The notes beneath the pieces were generated by a model, which had not been told where the DNA came from, made no database searches, and saw only the letters and a program-made list of their open reading frames with translations. Source: an uncultured Thermoleophilia bacterium (lineage in GTDB: Bacteria > Actinomycetota > Thermoleophilia > UBA2241). From it: a stretch of DNA of 64,000 nucleotides. The translations under genes and the position numbers were made by a program. The stretch is from positions 1,159,949 to 1,223,948 of the forward strand of contig CAVZSF010000005.1 of NCBI GenBank assembly GCA_963777895.1, written 5' to 3'. Shown in pieces: positions 30,071-39,543 of this stretch (its first letter is position 1; each line of letters begins with the position of its first letter).

Positions 30071-30313
30071 ATGACGCGTGAAGAGGTGTTCGGCCAGGTC
30101 AAGGGGATCCTCGTCGAGACGCTGAGCGTGGACGAAGACAAGGTCACCGAGGAGGCGCGCTTCCAGGAAGACCTGGAGACGGACTCTCTCGACCTCGTCG
30201 AGCTCGTCATGACGATGGAGGAGCGCTTCGGCATCAAGATCAGCGACGAGGAAGCCGCCGGCATCAAGACGGTCGGCGACGCGATCGACTTCGTCATGAA
30301 GATGGCGGGTTGA
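30071..30313 (+). CDS. acpP: Acyl carrier protein
   Basis: The protein contains the phosphopantetheine attachment site DLETDSLDLVELVMTMEE. The ribosome-binding site GGAGG is 8 nt upstream. Confidence 0.9.
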   Translation: MTREEVFGQVKGILVETLSVDEDKVTEEARFQEDLETDSLDLVELVMTMEERFGIKISDEEAAGIKTVGDAIDFVMKMAG

Positions 30314-30360
30314 GGCAGGGGGTGACCCCCGCCGAACCGAGCGACAGCCCGACGTAAGGG

Positions 30361-30406
30361 GTGACGAGGGGAGGGCCCCTGTGCGCAGGCGCCGTCCCCT
30401 CGTCAC
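30361..30406 (+). promoter_or_regulatory. Long hairpin in the rnc leader: a perfect 12 bp stem (gtgacgagggga / tcccctcgtcac) with a 22 nt loop
   Basis: The hairpin is read directly from the sequence. A second small GC hairpin lies at 30316..30331 after acpP. The larger hairpin ends 14 nt upstream of the rnc ATG. Confidence 0.4.
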
Positions 30407-30420
30407 GTGTGAGTGACGTG

Positions 30421-31470
30421 ATGAGCAGCCTTCTTCTCAGTCTGGCCGACCAGCTGGACGACCGCCTGCTGCAGCAGGTGTTCACGCATTCCTCGCTGGT
30501 CGCCGAGCGCAACCGCTCTTACGAGCGGCTTGAGTTCCTCGGCGACAGCGTCCTGAGCCTGTGCGTGACCACCGAGCTGTACCGGCGCTTCCCCGGCTAC
30601 GCCGAGGGACATCTGGCACGCCTGCGCGCCTACATCGTGAGCCGCTCGACTTGCGCCAAGGTCGCGCAGCGCCTCGGCCTCGGAAGGATGCTCCAGGAGG
30701 TCGCAGGACGCGGGCGCGAGAACGGCGAGGTCGCGCAGCTCATGGTCAACCAGAACGTGCTCGCCGACCTCACGGAAGCGCTCATCGGCGCGCTCTACGT
30801 GACCTTCGGCTACGAGGCCGTGCGCCCGGCCGTCATCCAGGCCTTCACCGAGCACATCGATTTCGCCGAGAGCAGCTACGTCGACTACAAGACCGAGCTG
30901 CAGGAGAGCCTGGCCAAGTCGGGCAGGTCGGTCATCTACCGCATGGTCGGCTTCACGGGACCGCCGCATCACCGTCAGTTCGAGATCGAGGCGGCGGTGG
31001 ACGGCGAGGTCCTCGGTCACGGCGTCGGCACGAGCAAGAAGCGCGCCGAGCAGGAGGCCGCCGAAGAGGCCCTGACGGAGCTTGGGGCGCGCGCCCGACG
31101 TCAGTCGCGGCGCGCGCGCCTGCGCGGCCGGCGGCGACCCGATGAGACTGACGGGGACGCCGTCGCTGAGGCAGGCGCGGCCGTTGAGGCTCCCGGCGAG
31201 GTCGACGCTGTGGCACCCGGTGAGGTCGACGCTGTGGCACCCGGTGAGGTCGCCGAGGATGGCGCCGTGGAGGGGGTCGCCGGGGATGGCGCCCTGGACG
31301 AGGTCGCCGACGCCGAGGCTTCCGGCGAGGCCGCCGCCGGCCGCGCCCTGGACGAGGTCGCCGACGCCGGCACGATTGCCGCATCGGGCGCCGCTGGTCC
31401 CGGCGGGGCCACGCCAAAGGCCGGCGAGGCCGCCGAAGGCGGGCGCGAGCCGGCCGCCGGGGCGGGCTGA
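30421..31470 (+). CDS. rnc: Ribonuclease III with a long acidic, repeat-rich C-terminal extension of about 120 aa
   Basis: The protein has an RNase III catalytic domain (ERLEFLGDSVL) and a double-stranded RNA-binding domain. The tail contains a 24 bp DNA tandem repeat (gtcgacgctgtggcacccggtgag, two copies, 31201..31248). Confidence 0.85.
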   Translation: MSSLLLSLADQLDDRLLQQVFTHSSLVAERNRSYERLEFLGDSVLSLCVTTELYRRFPGYAEGHLARLRAYIVSRSTCAKVAQRLGLGRMLQEVAGRGRENGEVAQLMVNQNVLADLTEALIGALYVTFGYEAVRPAVIQAFTEHIDFAESSYVDYKTELQESLAKSGRSVIYRMVGFTGPPHHRQFEIEAAVDGEVLGHGVGTSKKRAEQEAAEEALTELGARARRQSRRARLRGRRRPDETDGDAVAEAGAAVEAPGEVDAVAPGEVDAVAPGEVAEDGAVEGVAGDGALDEVADAEASGEAAAGRALDEVADAGTIAASGAAGPGGATPKAGEAAEGGREPAAGAG

Positions 31471-31472
31471 GC

Positions 31473-34400
31473 GTGTACCTCAAACGGCTCCGCCTGCGCG
31501 GCTTCAAGTCGTTCCCTCGCCAGACTGAGCTCGTCTTCGAGCCCGGAGTGGGCGTCGTCATCGGTCCCAACGGAAGCGGCAAGAGCAACCTGTCCGACGC
31601 CGTCGTGTGGGCGCTCGGCGAGCAGAGCGCCTCCAGCCTGCGGGGCTCGTCCATGCAGGACGTGATCTTCGCGGGCAGCGACGGCCGCCGCGCCAGCGCG
31701 CAGGCCGAGGTCGAGCTCACCTTCGACAATGCCGACGGAGCCCTGCCGCTGCCGGCCGGCGAGGTCGGCATCATGCGCCGGGTGACGAGGGACGGCAGCT
31801 CGCAGTACTTCATCAACCAGTCTGTCTGTCGCCTGACCGACGTGGTCGAGCTGATGGCCGGGGTGGGTCTCGGCAAGGAGCTGCACTCGATCATCGGCCA
31901 GGGACGGGTCGAGTCGTTCCTCGCGGGCAAGCCGGAGGACCGCCGCAGCCAGATCGAGGAAGCGGCGGGGCTCGGCACCTACAAGCGCCGTCGCGAGCGT
32001 GCCGAGCTCAAGCTGCGCGAGGTGCGCCGCAACCTCGAGCGCGCCGAGCTGCTCGAGCGCGAGGTGGGCGCGCAGCTTGGGCCGCTGCGCCGTCAGGCGA
32101 CGGCGGCCGAGCAGCTGCGCGCCGCCGAGAGCGAGATGGCTGGGCTCCGGGGACGTCTGCTGGCAGGCGAGCTGGCGGCCGTCGAGGCTGACCTGCGCGC
32201 GCGACGCGGCGAGCTGGCCGATCTCGAGGCGGAACGGGCCCGCTGTGATGAGGCCCTGGAGGGCCTCGCCGGCGAGCGGGCCCGCGAAGAAGAGCGCTTT
32301 GCGCGCCGTCTGGCAGAGCGGGAGCGGCGTGCCCGTCGTCTGCTCCGCGTGCGCGTGCTGGACGGCCGCCTGGAGGCGGCGGAGCGCCTCGCCGCGCAGC
32401 GCCTCCGGCTGCTGGAAGAGGTGGAGCGCAACGGCGGCGCCGAGCGAGAGCGACTGCTCGCCGAGCTCGCGGGCTCGCCGGAGAGCTCACCCGACCGGCC
32501 CGATGCCGGCGCGGTCGAGACGCGGCTCGCCGCCGAGCTCGAGGCGGCGGAGGCCTCGCACGCCGAAGTAGTAGGGCGGCTCGAAGGCGCCAGAGCCGCC
32601 GTCTCCGAGCGGCGCGCCGAATCCACGCGCCTCGCCGTGGAGCGCGAAGGAGCGCTGGCGCGCGCCGCGCGGCTGGCGCGCCGCCGCGAGGCGCTCGCCT
32701 CGGAGGAGGCGCGCGTGACGCGCCAGCTCGAGGCGCTGCAGACCGAAGCCGGCGAGCGCAGGGCCGCGCAGGAGGCAGCGGCGAGCGGCGAGCGCAGGGC
32801 CAGAGCGACGCTGGAGGAGGCCGCGGCCGGCGCGCGAGCGGCCGGCGCCGAAGCGGCCGCCGCGGCGAAGGCCTGCGAGGACCGCGAGGAGGCCTTCACG
32901 GCGGCGGCCTCCGAGCGCCGCGGCCTGGAGACACAGCTTTCCCACGTCGAAGCCACGCTGCGCGAGCTCGAGGAGGTCGCCGACGACGTCCTCGAGGTCG
33001 CGGCAGCGTATCCCGGCACCGTCGCCTTGACGGGCGTCGTCGCCTGCGAGCCGGGGTACGAACGCGCCCTCGGAGCGGCGCTCGCGCAGCTGTCGGGGGC
33101 GCTTGCCGTCCCCGGGGGTGTGGACCGGTGGTCGCTGCTCGGCGCGCTGAAGAGCGCCGGCATCGGGCTTGTCAGGCTGATCGTGCCGGCAGGGCGGCGC
33201 CGGCCGCCGACGGGCTTCCCCGGAGCCGCTCCGCTGCTCGACAAGGTCACCCTGGGCGACCGCTCGGAGCTCGCCGATGCGCTCGCCGAGGTGGTCATCG
33301 TCGACGATCTGCGGGCCGTGCCGGACACCTTCGAGGGACTGGCGGTGACGCGCGACGGCGAGTTCTACCGGCCCGCGGCCGGCCAGCTCGGCCTTGCCGG
33401 CGGCCTGCCGGCGGCGTCGCTCCTCGAGCGCCGCGCGGCGCTCGCCGGGCTGCGGGACAGACTCGATGCGGTGCGGGCGCGCGAGGTCCGCGAGGAGGCC
33501 GCCCTGGCGAAGGCGCGCGTCTCGCGCGACGCGGGCGCCGAGACGCGCGCCGCCGCGGAGCGCGCGGAGCGCGAGGCCCGCATCGCTGCCGAGACCGCGG
33601 AGCGCGAGCTCGCGACGCTGCGCGCCCGGCTGCGCGATATCGACGAGACGGTGGCGCGGGCGACGCGCGCGGCCGAGTCCATGGCGGCTGAGGCGGCCGA
33701 GGCCGAGGCGGAGCGCGAAGCCGCCGAGAAGGCCGCGGCCGAGGCCCTGGCCGGCGGGGAGCGCCTGCGCGAGGGCTCGCCGCCGCCGAGGCGGAGGCTT
33801 CGCAGGCTGAGGAGGCCTTCGCGGCATCGCTCGGCGTCGTGACGCGTCTCCGCGTCGAGCTCGAGGAACGCCGCGGGGCACGCGAGCGCGCCGCCGAAGA
33901 ACAGCGCCGCGTGCAGCAGCGCGCCCGCGAGGCCCGTGAACGCCTCGCCGAGCTGGACACGCGTCTCGCGGCGCTGCCGCGCGTGCGCACTTCCTGTGAC
34001 GGGCTGCTCGAGCGTCTGACGCGGGCGCGTACGGCGGCGGCCGGCATGGCCGCCAAGCTGACCGGTGAGGACGACGGCGAGGCCGTGCCCGACCGCAGCG
34101 CCCTCGCCGCCCTCGCCGACCGGGAGGCCGCCCTGCGCCTGCAGCGCGAGTCCGGCGCCGAGCGCCGCGGTGAGGCGCAGGTGACCGTCGCCCGCCTCGA
34201 CGACCGCCGCACGGAACTCGCTGCCGAGCTCGGCCAGGTCGGCGACGCGCTCGAACAGGCGGCGTTCGCGCCGCCGGAATCCGACGAGGAGGAGGCGGCG
34301 CTGCGCGATCAGCTCGAGCGCGTCGGCCGCCGTCGCGAGCGCATCGGCCCGGTGAACCCGCTCGCCGAGGCCGAGTGCGCCGAGCTGAGCGAACGGGCCT

Positions 34401-34981
34401 CCTTCCTGCGCGAGCAGAGCCGCGATCTCGAGCGCTCGATCGACGAGCTCGAGGCCCTCATCCGCGAGCTCACCGCGCAGATCGACGCCGAGTTCGCGGG
34501 CACCTTCGCCGCCGTCCAGGAGCAGTTCGCCCATATGGTCGAGGTGCTCTTCCCGGGTGGTCGCGGCGCTCTCAAGCTGGTGGATCCTGGTCCGGAAGGC
34601 GAGCCCGGTGGCGTGGCCGTGGAGGTCAAGCCGGCACGCAAGCTGGGCAAGCGTCTGCAACTGCTCTCCGGCGGGGAGCGCGCCCTCGTCGCGATCGCCT
34701 TCCTCATGGCGCTCGTCCTCGCCCGGCCTTGCCCGTTCTACATCCTCGACGAGATCGAGGCGGCCTTGGACGACGTCAACATCGGCCGCCTCGTCAAGCT
34801 GCTGCGCGACTACCGCGAACGCACCCAGTTCCTGATCATCACCCACCAGAAGCGCACCATGGAAGCGGCGGACGTGCTCTACGGGGTCACGATGGGGCCG
34901 GACGGGGCATCGCAGGTCGTGAGCGCGCGCATGGCCGAGGAAGAGATCGACCGCGAAGCGCGCGCCAAGCAGAAGACGTGA
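31473..34981 (+). CDS. smc: Chromosome segregation protein SMC, with an apparent frameshift near 33770
   Basis: ORF 31473..33842 contains the N-terminal Walker A motif (GPNGSGKSN), the coiled coil and the hinge. ORF 33839..34981, in frame +2, contains the signature motif (LSGGERALVAIAFL) and Walker B (FYILDEIEAALD). Frame +2 stays open back to about 33773. Confidence 0.85.
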
Positions 34982-35085
34982 GGCCGCGGGCGCGCCCAGG
35001 TGCGGAGCAGACGACGTGAGGCCGCAGGTGCGCCCCGGCACGGAGCAGACGACGTGAGGGAAGCAGGCTGACGTGGAGTGGCACG
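34976..35085. repeat. Tandem repeat of about 38 bp, 2.5 copies (gacgtgaggccgc[g/a]gg[c/t]gcgccc...ggagcagac), spanning the smc stop and the ftsY start
   Basis: The repeat is read directly from the sequence. Each copy carries GACGTGAGG, which embeds a TGA or a GTG. Confidence 0.5.
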
Positions 35086-36068
35086 AGGTGTTCAAGGGGG
35101 TGGCCGCGGCGGAGGTATCGCCGGAGGTCATCGAGGAGGAGGAGCGCGAGCGCGCCGGCCTGTTCGGGCGTATGCGCAAGAACCTGGGCAAGGCGCGCGG
35201 CGCCGTGCTCGACCAGCTCAAGGGGGCCGTGTACGTCGGCGTCGACCGGCGCCTCTACGAGCAGGTGGAAGAGGCGCTGATCTTCGCCGACGTCGGTGTC
35301 GAGGGCACGGTGAGGATCGTCGACGACCTCGAACGTCGCTGCACGCAGAAGCGCATCGAGGCGCGCGAGCCGTTCCTGGACGAGCTGGCGGCGGTCGTCG
35401 GCGAGGTCCTCCAGCCCGACGACCCGGAGCGCCAGCGTATCGATGTGAGCGCGCAACCGAGCGTGATCCTCGTCGTGGGCGTGAACGGGACGGGGAAGAC
35501 GACGACCATAGGGAAGGTGGCCTACCGGCTCCAGGAGCTGGGGAAGCGGCCGCTGATGGTGGCGGCAGACACCTTCCGTGCGGCCGCCGTGGAGCAGCTC
35601 AGCGAGTGGGCCGACCGTGTCGGCTGCGGCATCGTCAAGCAGGACGCGGGCAGCGACCCGGCCGCCGTCGTCTACGACGGCGTGGCGGCGGCCGGCCCGC
35701 GCGGCGCCGACGTCGTCATCATCGACACGGCCGGCCGGCTGCACACGCAGGTCAACCTGATGCGCGAGCTGGAGAAGGTGCGCCGGGTGATCGAGAAGCA
35801 ACTGCCCGGCGCACCCCACGAGACCCTCCTCGTCCTCGATGCGACCACCGGCCAGAACGGCCTGCGGCAGGCGCAGGAGTTCCAGCAGGCCGTCGACGTG
35901 AGCGGCATCGTGCTCACCAAGCTCGACGGGACGGCCAAGGGCGGGATCGTGGTCGCCATCCACGAGACGCTCGGCATCCCCATCAAGCTGGTGGGCGTGG
36001 GGGAGCAGCTCGCCGACCTGAGGCCGTTCGAGCCCGATCAGTTCGCGCGCGCCATCTTCGGCCACTGA
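35073..36068 (+). CDS. ftsY: Signal recognition particle receptor FtsY
   Basis: The protein contains GVNGTGKTTTIGK, DTAGRLH and TKLDGTAKGG. Confidence 0.9.
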   Translation: MEWHEVFKGVAAAEVSPEVIEEEERERAGLFGRMRKNLGKARGAVLDQLKGAVYVGVDRRLYEQVEEALIFADVGVEGTVRIVDDLERRCTQKRIEAREPFLDELAAVVGEVLQPDDPERQRIDVSAQPSVILVVGVNGTGKTTTIGKVAYRLQELGKRPLMVAADTFRAAAVEQLSEWADRVGCGIVKQDAGSDPAAVVYDGVAAAGPRGADVVIIDTAGRLHTQVNLMRELEKVRRVIEKQLPGAPHETLLVLDATTGQNGLRQAQEFQQAVDVSGIVLTKLDGTAKGGIVVAIHETLGIPIKLVGVGEQLADLRPFEPDQFARAIFGH

Positions 36069-36070
36069 CG

Positions 36071-36092
36071 GCTGCGGCGGCGCCGCCGCAGC
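36071..36092. terminator. Perfect 22 bp GC palindrome (gctgcggcggcgccgccgcagc) immediately after ftsY; a terminator-like hairpin without a U-tract
   Basis: The palindrome is read directly from the sequence. It is followed by a -10-like element TGCTACGAT (36097..36105) for ffh. Confidence 0.3.
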
Positions 36093-36140
36093 CTCATGCT
36101 ACGATGAGCGCTCCGTCCCCCGAGGATACCGGGACCACCC

Positions 36141-37475
36141 ATGTTCGAATCGCTGAGTGACCGTCTGCAGAACGCGCTCGCCGGCCTCAAGGGCCGCGGC
36201 AAGCTGAGCAACGAGGACATCGACGCGGCGATGCGCGAGATCCGTCTTGCGCTGCTCGAGGCCGACGTCAACTTCAAGGTCGTGCGCGAGTTCGTGGCGC
36301 ACGTCAAGGAGCGCGCCCTGGGCGCCGAGGTCATGGAGAGCCTCACGCCGGCGCAACAGGTCGTGAAGATCGTCAACGAGGAGCTCACGACCCTGATGGG
36401 CTCCGGCGACTCGAAGCTCGCCTTCGGCGGCAAGCCGCCGACCGTGATCCTCATGGCGGGTCTGCAGGGCTCGGGCAAGACGACCACCTGCGCCAAGCTC
36501 GCGAAGTACCTCAAGAAGGACGGCAAGCAGCCCGTGCTGATCGCCGCCGACGTGTACCGCCCGGCCGCCATCGACCAGCTCACCACGCTCGCGGAGCGCG
36601 TCGGCGTGCCCGTCTACGCGCCGGGCGCCGACGTCGACCCCGTGGACATCGCGCGCGACGGCGTCGCCTTCACGCGAGAGCGGGGCGGCGACGTGGCGAT
36701 CATCGACACCGCGGGCCGGTTGCACGTCGACGACGAGCTCATGGACGAGCTCGTGCGCATCCGTGCCACCGTGAAGCCGCACAACATCCTGCTCGTCGTC
36801 GACGCGATGACCGGCCAGGACGCCGTCAACGCCGCCGAGCAGTTCCGCGAGAAGGTCGACATCGACGGCGTCGTGCTGACCAAGCTCGACGGCGACGCCC
36901 GCGGCGGCGCCGCGCTCAGCGTCAAGGCCGTCACGGGCAAGCCGATCAAGTTCGCCTCCACGGGCGAGAAGCTCGACGACTTCGACTACTTCCACCCCGA
37001 CCGCATGGCCTCGCGGATCCTCGGCATGGGCGACGTGCTCTCGCTCATCGAGCGCGCCGAGCAGAATCTCGACGAGAAGCAGGCGGCCGAGATGGAGGCC
37101 CGCCTGCGGCGCGCCGAGTTCACCTTCGAGGACTTCCTCGACCAGCTCAAGCAGATCCGCAAGATGGGTTCGCTCAGCAGCATCATCGGCATGTTGCCCG
37201 GCATCCCGGGCATGAAGGAGCTCAAGAACGTCCAGGTCGACGACAAGCAGCTCGACCGCATCGAGGCGCTGATCTTCTCGATGACGCCGCAGGAACGGCG
37301 TCACCCCGACGTCATCGACGGCAGCCGGCGGCAGCGCATCGCGCGCGGCGCCGGCGCCCAGGTGCAGGACGTGAACGCGCTGCTCAAGCAGTACCGCGAG
37401 ATGCAGAAGATGCTGAAGATGTTCTCGAGCGGCAAGATGAAGGGCCTCAAGCTGCCCGGGATGCCCGGGACCTGA
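36141..37475 (+). CDS. ffh: Signal recognition particle protein Ffh
   Basis: The protein contains GLQGSGKTTTCAKLA and DTAGRLH, with a Met-rich M domain at the C-terminus. Confidence 0.95.
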   Translation: MFESLSDRLQNALAGLKGRGKLSNEDIDAAMREIRLALLEADVNFKVVREFVAHVKERALGAEVMESLTPAQQVVKIVNEELTTLMGSGDSKLAFGGKPPTVILMAGLQGSGKTTTCAKLAKYLKKDGKQPVLIAADVYRPAAIDQLTTLAERVGVPVYAPGADVDPVDIARDGVAFTRERGGDVAIIDTAGRLHVDDELMDELVRIRATVKPHNILLVVDAMTGQDAVNAAEQFREKVDIDGVVLTKLDGDARGGAALSVKAVTGKPIKFASTGEKLDDFDYFHPDRMASRILGMGDVLSLIERAEQNLDEKQAAEMEARLRRAEFTFEDFLDQLKQIRKMGSLSSIIGMLPGIPGMKELKNVQVDDKQLDRIEALIFSMTPQERRHPDVIDGSRRQRIARGAGAQVQDVNALLKQYREMQKMLKMFSSGKMKGLKLPGMPGT

Positions 37476-37483
37476 GGGCACGA

Positions 37484-37519
37484 TAGAATCATCCTTCCGG
37501 CGGCCTTCGCAGGCCGCCG
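37484..37519 (+). promoter_or_regulatory. -10-like TAGAAT followed by an 8 bp-stem hairpin (cggcggcc ttcgca ggccgccg) at the start of the rpsP leader
   Basis: Both elements are read directly from the sequence, between the ffh stop (37475) and the rpsP GTG (37575). Confidence 0.35.
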
Positions 37520-37574
37520 TCTGACCATGTTTCGGTTCGCCGCAGGACGCGGCGTCGAGAGCTGACCCGAGGGG

Positions 37575-37832
37575 GTGAAGAAGCAGGTGGCAGTGCGCAT
37601 GCGGTTGACCCGGGTAGGCAGTACGAAGAACCCGTTGTACCGGATCGTCGTGGTCGATTCACGGACCCGGCGGGATGGTCGCGCGATCGAGACGATCGGC
37701 CACTACAACCCGCGGACGGAGCCGTCGTCGATCGATATCGACGCGGACAAGGCCAAGGCCTGGCTGGCGAAGGGCGTCCAGCCGTCCCGGACGGTGAAGA
37801 AGCTGCTCGCGATCAAGGGCATCGACAAGTAA
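37575..37832 (+). CDS. rpsP: 30S ribosomal protein S16
   Basis: The protein reads VRMRLTRVGSTKNPLYRIVVVDSR. It has a GTG start with GAGGGGG upstream. Confidence 0.9.
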   Translation: MKKQVAVRMRLTRVGSTKNPLYRIVVVDSRTRRDGRAIETIGHYNPRTEPSSIDIDADKAKAWLAKGVQPSRTVKKLLAIKGIDK

Positions 37833-37865
37833 GACGCCGCCACGGCGACGGAGGGGAGTAGTGGG

Positions 37866-38099
37866 ATGTTGAAGGACCTTCTCGAGTTTCTGGCCAAAGC
37901 GCTGGTCGACAACCCAGACGAGGTCCACGTGGTGGCTACGGAGACCGACACCACCGTCGTTCTGGAACTGTCTGTCGCGAAGGACGATGTCGGCAAGGTG
38001 ATCGGCAAGCAGGGCCGCATCGCGCGCGCCCTGCGGACGATCGTCAAGGCGAGCGCCGTCCGTGACGGCAAGCGTGCCATCGTCGAGATCATCGATTGA
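37866..38099 (+). CDS. KH-domain RNA-binding protein (YlqC/UPF0109)
   Basis: The protein contains GKVIGKQGRIARALRTIV, and sits between rpsP and rimM as in other bacteria. Confidence 0.8.
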   Translation: MLKDLLEFLAKALVDNPDEVHVVATETDTTVVLELSVAKDDVGKVIGKQGRIARALRTIVKASAVRDGKRAIVEIID

Positions 38100-38136
38100 T
38101 CGCCGCAGGTGGATCAACGTGGGGTGTGGCGTAGCT

Positions 38137-38240
38137 GCACCGCACACTAGCCGGCGTAGCGGGGCTAACATGCGGTGCGACGAAGTGACACCGCATACTA
38201 GACGGGCGGCGGCGCGGCAGCGCCGCCGCCCTCCGTTCTC
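38137..38240 (+). promoter_or_regulatory. Structured leader upstream of rimM: a direct repeat caccgcaYactagMcgg flanking the complementary tgcggtgc, followed by a perfect 11 bp GC hairpin (38205..38230) and CUCCGUUCUC
   Basis: The elements are read directly from the sequence, and alternative pairings are possible (A:B or B:C). The strong hairpin ends 10 nt before the rimM ATG. Confidence 0.4.
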
Positions 38241-38745
38241 ATGACCTCTGACAAACTCTGGGTGTGCGGCACCGTCGGCAAGGCTCACGGCCTGCGCGGC
38301 GAGGCCTACCTGGAGCTTGCGCCGCGTGGCATCGAGTACCTCAGCGGCGGTGAGCGCTTCTACCTCAGTCGCGAGGACGGCGTCATGGCGCCGTGCGGTG
38401 TCGAGCGCGCCGGCGGCACTGACCTGAGAGCCACTGATACGGCTCGACTGCGCCGCGACCCGCGACGAGCTGCTCAGGTATCAGGGCGCCGCCGTCCTGG
38501 CGTCGGGCGGCGCCCTCGACGAGCTGCCCTCCTACCGCGTCGCCGACCTGATCGGCCTGGCCGTGCTCGAATTGCCGTCGCGGCCCGTGGGCACGGTCGC
38601 CGACGTGCTCAGCGGGCCGGCTCAGGAGATCCTCGCGATCGCGACGCCGGACGGCGAGACCGTGCTCGTGCCGCTCGTCGACGAGGTCGTGACGGTCGAT
38701 CTCGACGAGGGCGTCGTGAAGCTGCCCGAGGGGTTTCTGGAATGA
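38241..38745 (+). CDS. rimM: 16S rRNA processing protein RimM, with an apparent frameshift near 38430
   Basis: The N-terminal domain (LWVCGTVGKAHGLRGEAYLEL) is in frame 0. The PRC-barrel C-terminal domain (RDELLRYQG...ELPSYRVADLIGLAVLE...VVKLPEGFLE) is in frame +1 (ORF 38563..38745), and frame +1 opens right after a TGA at 38425. Confidence 0.8.
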
Positions 38746-39419
38746 GGATCGACGTCTTCACGCTCTTCCCGGCCGCTTTCGCCTGGTACGAGGACCAGGT
38801 GCACGTGCGCAACGCCCGTGCCCTGGGCCACGAACTCGCTTTCTGGAACTACCGCGACTCCACGCCGCTCAGCCATCTGCAGGTGGATGACACGCCGTAC
38901 GGCGGCGGCGCCGGCATGGTGCTGCGCATCGACGTGGTGTGCGCCGCCCTCGAGGCGGTCTTCGGCGGTCCGGCCGAGGGCCTTCGCGAGCGGCGCCGCG
39001 TCGTCGAGCTCACGCCGCGGGGGCGGCAGCTCGACGACGCCCTGGCGACGGAGCTCGCCGCGCACGACCTCGTGCTGCTCTGCGGCCGGTACGAGGGCAT
39101 CGACGAGCGCGTCGCCAATCTCGTGAGCGACCGCGTCTCGATCGGGCCTTACGTCCTGAGCGGTGGCGAGATCCCGGCGATGGCGCTCACGGACGCCGTC
39201 CTGCGCAAGGTCGACGGCGTCATCTCCAACCCCGAGAGCGTGGTGAGCGAGTCGCACTCCGAGGATCTCGGCGGCGGCGCCGAGTACCCCCAGTACACGC
39301 GTCCGGCCGAGTTCCGCGGCTGGACGGTGCCCGATATCCTCCTGAGCGGTGACCACGGTGCGGTGGCGCGATGGCGGGCGGCTCAGGTAAGGTCCGCGGG
39401 GGAAGAGTCCCGGCAGTAG
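38742..39419 (+). CDS. trmD: tRNA (guanine37-N1)-methyltransferase
   Basis: The protein contains MRIDVFTLFP, DDTPYGGGAGMVL and LLCGRYEGIDERV. Its ATG overlaps the rimM stop. Confidence 0.9.
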   Translation: MRIDVFTLFPAAFAWYEDQVHVRNARALGHELAFWNYRDSTPLSHLQVDDTPYGGGAGMVLRIDVVCAALEAVFGGPAEGLRERRRVVELTPRGRQLDDALATELAAHDLVLLCGRYEGIDERVANLVSDRVSIGPYVLSGGEIPAMALTDAVLRKVDGVISNPESVVSESHSEDLGGGAEYPQYTRPAEFRGWTVPDILLSGDHGAVARWRAAQVRSAGEESRQ

Positions 39420-39501
39420 TACCGTTCGGGACGGCTGTGGCCCCCGTGGGACGCGCGCAGGACGCGGCTTGCGCCGCTGGCTTTGCGCGCGTCCGGCGCC
39501 G

Positions 39502-39510
39502 TGCTAGAGT
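39502..39510 (+). promoter_or_regulatory. Extended -10 promoter element TGCTAGAGT for rplS
   Basis: The motif lies 33 nt upstream of the rplS TTG start. Confidence 0.35.
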
Positions 39511-39543
39511 AGCCGCCGATTTTCGCTTCGAAAGAGGTCGTCG

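Noticed and set aside
36071-36092. The 22 bp perfect palindrome after ftsY as a protein-binding operator
   Set aside because: It is pure GC (gctgcggcggcgccgccgcagc), which arises easily in this genome, and it sits exactly at the 3' end of ftsY. A terminator-like or mRNA-stabilising hairpin is the simpler explanation, and I kept it only as a low-confidence feature.
38241-39419. A single long RimM-TrmD fusion protein suggested by the ORF track
   Set aside because: The middle of that ORF is Arg-rich out-of-frame sequence. The RimM C-terminal domain is in frame +1 and ends at 38745, where trmD starts with its own ATG overlapping that stop.
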